The notes under the pieces were generated by a model that did not search any database, was not told where the DNA came from, and was given only the letters and a program-made list of their open reading frames with translations. The translations under genes and the position numbers were made by a program. From contig CAWEPK010000007.1 of the NCBI GenBank assembly GCA_963810935.1, positions 32,001-96,000 of the forward strand: 64,000 nt of DNA, in the 5' to 3' direction. Source of the DNA: an uncultured delta proteobacterium. GTDB lineage: Bacteria > Desulfobacterota > Syntrophorhabdia > Syntrophorhabdales > WCHB1-27. Below, piece after piece: positions 58,942 to 64,000 of this stretch; the stretch's first letter is position 1, and each line of letters starts with the position of its first letter.

Positions 58942-59612
58942 CTGAGGCCTCCTGCGCGGCCTGCCGCGTCGGCAGTCGCGGTCACCCCGTCCTGCTCGCG
59001 CCGGATGTGGTCGATAAGGTCCGTGCCGAGGCGTTCCATCTCGTCCATCGTCCTCGACTCGAGGTGGGAGAAGAAGTTGAAGGCGAACAGCGCGATCAGC
59101 GCGATAATGAGGCCGAGGGTCGTTGCGATTAGCGCCTGGGCAACGCCGCCCGTGATGCCCGTCGGGTTGACGAGGCCGCTTCCGCCGATGAGCTTGAAGG
59201 AGTCCATCATGCCTACGATCGTACCGACGAGCCCGAGCAAAGGCGCGCCCGTAACGACCGTCTCCAGCACCCACAGCCCCCGCTTGAGGGACTTCTCGAT
59301 CAGCCGGGCCTCTCTGGCCGCCCGCGATTCCACCCACCAGGGCGGCTGGGCGCGGTTCGCCAGGATCACACCGAAAAAGCGCGCGAAGTAGCTCTCCGCC
59401 TTCGCCGCCCCCATCTCAGCCTCAAGCTCGGACCAGCCTGAGCGGTCGCCGTCCAGGACGGCCGCCATCGACCCCGGCAGCCGCCCGTGCCGCCAGTAAA
59501 TGAACGCCTTGTCGAGGATGATCGTAATGGCGACGAGGCCCATGAGCAGCAGGGGGTATACCATGAGCCCCCCGAACTGGAGCGCCTTCATTGTCTGGAA
59601 AAAGTTGTCCAT
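58938..59612 (-). CDS. exbB: MotA/TolQ/ExbB proton channel
   Basis: GG.MVYPLL, APLLGLVGTIVGMM and ALIATTLGL. Confidence 0.92.
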   Translation of the reverse strand: MDNFFQTMKALQFGGLMVYPLLLMGLVAITIILDKAFIYWRHGRLPGSMAAVLDGDRSGWSELEAEMGAAKAESYFARFFGVILANRAQPPWWVESRAAREARLIEKSLKRGLWVLETVVTGAPLLGLVGTIVGMMDSFKLIGGSGLVNPTGITGGVAQALIATTLGLIIALIALFAFNFFSHLESRTMDEMERLGTDLIDHIRREQDGVTATADAAGRAGGLR

Positions 59613-59623
59613 GTTCGTCTCCT

Positions 59624-61743
59624 TCAGAAATAATAGATCATGCTCAGCCGAAAAGTCAGGGGCTCGACGGGATGGAAGTGGACGTTATTGACCCCTGCGG
59701 CCGGCTCTCCCGGCAGGCGGGACGTATAATAGTATTCGATGTTGGCCGCCTTCGTGTTTAAAAGGTTCAATCCATCGAGCATAACGGTCCAGCTTTTCGT
59801 CAGCTTGTATCCCACCCGGCCGTTGAGGAGCCACGTTGCCGGGGCCCTTTCCGTGTTGTTGTCGACGAGCGGATAAGGGCCCTTGTAATGCAGTTGCAGG
59901 CTGCCGAAGTAGGGTCCCAGGTCATGCACGGCGACGTTGAACGTGCCCACACCCTCGACCGCTCCGGGTATGTGACTGCCCGGCGCGGATGGGTCAATGC
60001 CGGTAAGGCGGGCCTCGACGTAAGCGTAATCCGCGCGGATGGTGAGCCACGGCTTCGGGTTATAGGCGTTCGTCGAGCTCAACGCCGGTGCGGCGACTCG
60101 GCGGTCCGGGCGTTGTCGTGCCGGAGTCGCCGTCGAAAATAAGCTCCGATCCCATATCGAGCCGGTAAACGGTGAGCGCGCTTTGCAGGTTGGGGATAAA
60201 GGACGTGCGCGCCCCGACCTCGTACCCTTCGGTGCGCACCAGCGGGGTAACCCTCTGGCTGGGCAGGTTGGAATCCGGCCCGTTTCCGGGGGTTACGGTC
60301 ATCGTCGTCCCCCTGGCGTCGTTCGAGTGGAAGCCTCCGCCCGCGTTAATAAAATACTCCGTTTTGTCCCACGGGCCGAAAATAAGGCTCAGCTTCGGGT
60401 TGGCCATGCCCGCGCCCGAAGTGCCGGAATTGGCGGGGTTGTCGCTGCTCACGCGGAACTGGTAGAAGTCGGCCCGCACCCCCGTCTCGCTGCGGAACTT
60501 GGAAAGCCAGGGGATGCCGACCTGGTAGTAAAGGCCTTCGGAAGTCTCCATGACGCGGTCGGAGCGGACGATCGACAAAAGCTGCCTGTTCTGCGTGTTG
60601 TTGAGTCCCACGTTGATGTTGTCGTTTTGCGTTTGCAGGCCGATCGTGTGCTGTACGTCACGGCCGCCGACGTTAGTGAGCCAGGCGTGGCTTATGTTGA
60701 TCGCCTCGGTGACGCGCCGGTCCGTCTGCTGGAACTGGTCGCCGTGGACAGGGTCGTTCAGGAAATAAGTGAAGTCGGAATACAAGTCGAGGCTGCTTGC
60801 GATCGCGTATGCGTTGACGCGGGTGACGGAGGTGCCGGACGTGTGCTGCCAGGCCCCGGAAAGGCTGTAGCGCGAGGTGTTCGTGCCGTCCGTCGGGTTG
60901 AGGCTGCCGTATCGGCCGATGATGCCCTCATCCACTGCGCGCTGGGCGATCTGGTTCGTCGCGTTCCCCTCGCTGTGGTATCCCATGCCCTCGATGACGA
61001 GGCTGTCCGGCCCGTCCGCGAGGCTGTATTTCACGAGTCCGTTGAACTTGCGGAAGTGCTCGGGGTTGGTCCACGGGCCGTCATTGTATAAGCGTCTCCG
61101 AGGCGAAGAGGAGGTTGCCCTGGCCCAGCTTGGCCGAGTCTGCGAGGAGGGCGCGGGCGTAGTTGTTCTGCCCGCCCGTCACCATGGCGAACCCTTTTTC
61201 GAGCTTATCGACGTAACCGATGTTGATTGCCCCGACTGATGAGAAATCGCCCTCGTCCGCATAATACGGTCCCTTGCGATAGGCGACGCCCTGCACCAGC
61301 TCCGGTATGAGGAAGTTGAGGTCTGCATAACCCTGCCCGTGGGCGTTCGTCCGCTGGTTGACGAGCATGCCGTCTAAGGAGATGCGCAGGTCGGTGCCGT
61401 GGTCGAGGTTGACGCCGCGCAGGAAATACTGGTTCGCCTTGCCTTCGCCGCTGTGCTGTGTGACGACGAGGCCGGGCGTGACCTGCAATACCTCGCCGGG
61501 GTCGTAGGTCACCTGCGCCTCCACTTCCTTGCGCGGCGCGACGCCTTCACTCGCTGCGTCCTTAGGACCGGCGGGGGGCTCGGCCGAACCGGTGACTTCG
61601 ACGACGTCTAAAGTCTGTATCGGTTCGGGCGGTGCGGCAAAGGCAAGCGGTAGGGCGCATAAGGCGGGCAGGCCGCTCAAGATGATGAGAAGCAGCGCGG
61701 GAGCGCATGCCGATATTTTTTCGAGTCTGCTCTTATGTCTCAT
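59624..61743 (-). CDS. TonB-dependent receptor (likely metal, Ni/Co-type), two +1 frameshifts near 61090 and 60074
   Basis: Three consecutive ORF pieces rejoin after removing single bases; plug motif QHSGEGKANQYFLRGVNLDHGTD, GGFHSNDARG, C-terminal HFHPVEP...YYF. Confidence 0.85.
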
Positions 61744-61753
61744 CCTGTCTCAT

Positions 61754-61810
61754 AAAAAAAGGCCATGAGGGCCGCCCCAGCCTTCCGGCTGATTGCGGCC
61801 TTCATGGCCT
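61754..61810 (-). terminator. Leader terminator hairpin 2
   Basis: AGGCCATGAAGGCCGC...GCGGCCCTCATGGCCT followed by a T-run, about 10 nt before the receptor start. Confidence 0.75.
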
Positions 61811-61890
61811 CATCCGAATATGTGCTCCGTGTGCGATAATGGAAAGCCGGACGCGGCTCCCTACAGCGCGTCTCGCGCAGCCGCCATCAC

Positions 61891-61945
61891 AAAAAAACAG
61901 CCGCGAAGGCGTCCCTCTTCAAGAGGACATCCGGCCTTCGTGGCC
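61891..61945 (-). terminator. Leader terminator hairpin 1
   Basis: GGCCACGAAGGC...GCCTTCGCGGCT followed by GT7. Confidence 0.75.
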
Positions 61946-62083
61946 CCTCTACAAATTACCTGTTTGAATCGGCCCCTGCAGGGCCATGCCGCCCTACCGG
62001 GCAGCTTAAAGTTCCTTATTATTTTTAACATAAGCCTCCGCCCCCGTCAAGGAAAACGGTCGGGAATCGATCCGCCGTTGATA

Positions 62084-62815
62084 TTAAAAGGCGTAGCTCG
62101 CCGTGCCGCCCACCGAGACCCTCTCGGTAAACTGTATCTCCAGGCCGAACTTGAGCTGCTCCAGCCCCAGTATGGAGAACCTTGTTCCGAAAACCCCTCC
62201 CGCGAGGCTGTCGTTCCTTATCGAACGTGACGACTCGACGGCCGCTCCGTTCATTTGGGTGCGCACGTCCTGCGTAGATGCGCCGTAGAAGACCTTAGGG
62301 CCGCCGTAAAAGACGAAAACCTTGCAGGGAGTCCATTGACCCAGGACGGCGAAGCTGGCCGACCAGGGGGCCTTCAATTTGACGGAGCCGGCAGGGGTAA
62401 CGGACTCGTTGTAGTCCGACCAGACGCGGTCGATATAGAGCGTTCCGCCGATATCGAACTGAGGGTTGAACTTGTAAAGGACGCCACGGGCTCCGATGCC
62501 GCTATAGGGTTTCATGTTGTCCTTGAATGAGAAATCGGGTGAGAAATTGGGCAACTGCGCATCGGCGCCGCCAAGCCTCAGGAAGACCTCCATCCCTTTG
62601 CAGAAGCCGTAGCTGCCTTCCGCGAATACCTGGCTCTGCTGGAACCTGAAGCTCCCGCTGTTTTTCCACTTATCATCGTAGAAGAAATACCCCATCCCGA
62701 ACGAGAATTTGCCGGGAGACGCGGCTGGCTCGGCCGGGCCGAGGAGGCTTACCGCGTGGGCCGCCGTAGCAAGAGCCAATATGATTCCTACCGCCATAAG
62801 TAGACCTATCTTCAC
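62084..62815 (-). CDS. Putative outer-membrane beta-barrel protein
   Basis: Signal peptide (AHA), beta-strand pattern, C-terminal SYAF. Confidence 0.75.
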   Translation of the reverse strand: MKIGLLMAVGIILALATAAHAVSLLGPAEPAASPGKFSFGMGYFFYDDKWKNSGSFRFQQSQVFAEGSYGFCKGMEVFLRLGGADAQLPNFSPDFSFKDNMKPYSGIGARGVLYKFNPQFDIGGTLYIDRVWSDYNESVTPAGSVKLKAPWSASFAVLGQWTPCKVFVFYGGPKVFYGASTQDVRTQMNGAAVESSRSIRNDSLAGGVFGTRFSILGLEQLKFGLEIQFTERVSVGGTASYAF

Positions 62816-62882
62816 CGTATCCTCCTATCCGGTCCCGTAGCGGCCCTTAATTGTCGCACATGACCGGATTGCACTAAGAATC

Positions 62883-64000
62883 TCAGTAATAAATCCTCAT
62901 CCTCATCCCGTAGACCTGCACCGGCCCCCTGTCTTTGTTGTAGGCAGGGTTCCAGATGTACTGGAAGTCGGGGCTTATCTGCACGTACCTGCCTACCTGT
63001 ATCCTGTAGTAGGCCTCCGTCACCTGCTCCAGGCCGTAGTTCAGCGTCCCGTCCCCTACGAGCATGCCTATGCCTCCCTGTTGGAGATAATGCTGGTGGG
63101 AGGATGTAATGCCGCTCAACCCGAAGGCCAGGCCTGCCTGGTCCTCCTGCCTACCCCAGTTCTTGCCGCTTACCTGCATCCCTACGCTTGCGTGCCTGTC
63201 CGACTCCGTGTAGGACCAGTTGGAGTTTGTGCCGTTGGCCCAGCCGAGTCTTGCGAAAAGGCCCGTATCCCCTTCGTTGGCAAGTGGCTGCTCTACATTG
63301 ATGCCGAAGCCGTACTTGACGTGGCCCGGCCGGCCGTTGAGGGTGGTATCGGGTGCGTTACCTGTTAATGCACCTAAGGCGATGGCATCCTTGTAGTCGC
63401 CCATGCGCCCCTCGTTACGGTAAGCGAGAAGACGAATTACGGGACCCTTCTCCCAGTGGGCGAGGTCAAGCTCAAGGTTGTCTCCCCTGGCCTTGTAAAT
63501 ATTGCTGTCCAATTCATAACCGTTTCTGCTGGTAGGGACCTGGTAGCTGCCTAAGATAAGCCTCCATGCCGGGTGGACAAGAGCGGCGGAGAAGCCTATC
63601 GAGTATCCCCTTGTATCGGATGCATAGTCCCAGGCGGTATTAAATAAAAAGTCATAGTTCATGAACTGCGTGCGGCCGTTATTGGCATAGCGGTTCTGGT
63701 CGAAGTCGTCCGTAGGGGCGAGCTTGCCCCCCTTTATCTCTATCCGGTGGGCAAACTGCTTGCCCGGTATCTGGTCCACGCCTCTTTCTACAGGCTCCGT
63801 CGTGATATTCGATAAGGGGATCACATACCTCCCGTAGAGACGCGCGAGGTAAGGGTCCTGGCCCAGATTGGCGGGTCCTGCCCTTATAACGTCTGCATTC
63901 GTATACCCGCCCAAACCAATGCCGTTGCTTATGCCCGATCCCCTGAACATCTCGAAGTCGGCGTATGCCTGGAGGGAATTGGTTATCTGCGACCCTAAGT
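62883..64000 (-). CDS. OprB/carbohydrate-porin family, MnoP (metal porin)-like; 5' end outside the window
   Basis: AWDYASDTRGY, KYGFGINVEQ, GMLVGDGTLNY, EAYY and DFQYIWNPAYNKDRGP. Confidence 0.8.
   Translation of the reverse strand, partial: LGSQITNSLQAYADFEMFRGSGISNGIGLGGYTNADVIRAGPANLGQDPYLARLYGRYVIPLSNITTEPVERGVDQIPGKQFAHRIEIKGGKLAPTDDFDQNRYANNGRTQFMNYDFLFNTAWDYASDTRGYSIGFSAALVHPAWRLILGSYQVPTSRNGYELDSNIYKARGDNLELDLAHWEKGPVIRLLAYRNEGRMGDYKDAIALGALTGNAPDTTLNGRPGHVKYGFGINVEQPLANEGDTGLFARLGWANGTNSNWSYTESDRHASVGMQVSGKNWGRQEDQAGLAFGLSGITSSHQHYLQQGGIGMLVGDGTLNYGLEQVTEAYYRIQVGRYVQISPDFQYIWNPAYNKDRGPVQVYGMRMRIYY

Noticed and set aside
62024..62033. XerD-like half site TTATGTTAAA (dif/pdif)
   Set aside because: No XerC arm at 6-bp spacing; it overlaps the predicted -10 region instead.
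61744..62083. Cobalamin riboswitch or NikR box upstream of the TonB receptor
   Set aside because: No B12-box (GGGAA...GCCACTG) and no convincing GTRTTA/TAAYAC dyad.

Overview
GC-rich bacterial chromosome segment. Gene content (hdrCBA-flxDCBA, 2-oxoacid:ferredoxin oxidoreductase, rubrerythrin/PerR, aryl-CoA-type catabolic genes) suggests an anaerobic Desulfobacterota, possibly Syntrophorhabdus-like; this taxonomy is inference only. Core genes: gpmA, hsp20, korDABC-type operon, RND efflux, hybrid sensor kinase, hdr-flx, rbr/perR, clpB and a TonB/ExbBD/TBDR/porin metal-uptake locus. Three small accessory patches interrupt them: VapBC + MNT/HEPN + GIY-YIG; orphan antitoxin + two DUF488 + an OB-fold-like gene; and MTase + HNH + two HigBA-like modules. 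A 13.5 kb catabolic cluster is bracketed by a diverged duplicate of the cyclase 3' end. Eight single-base frameshifts in otherwise intact genes are probably consensus errors. Best leads: (1) a hidden ribbon-helix-helix domain fused to an N4C-type MTase on an apparently leaderless transcript next to an HNH nuclease; (2) tandem terminator/attenuator hairpins sharing GGCCAYGAAGGCCG in the leader of a likely Ni/Co TonB receptor; (3) the uncharacterised catabolic cluster with its boundary repeat and gene relics; (4) a covarying ~125 bp hairpin repeat family whose GGCCGG termini recur at accessory-gene junctions; (5) a tRNA-like RNA near 31.9 kb; (6) a 23-aa membrane peptide. No CRISPR array, rRNA, intact tRNA, transposase or integrase was seen.
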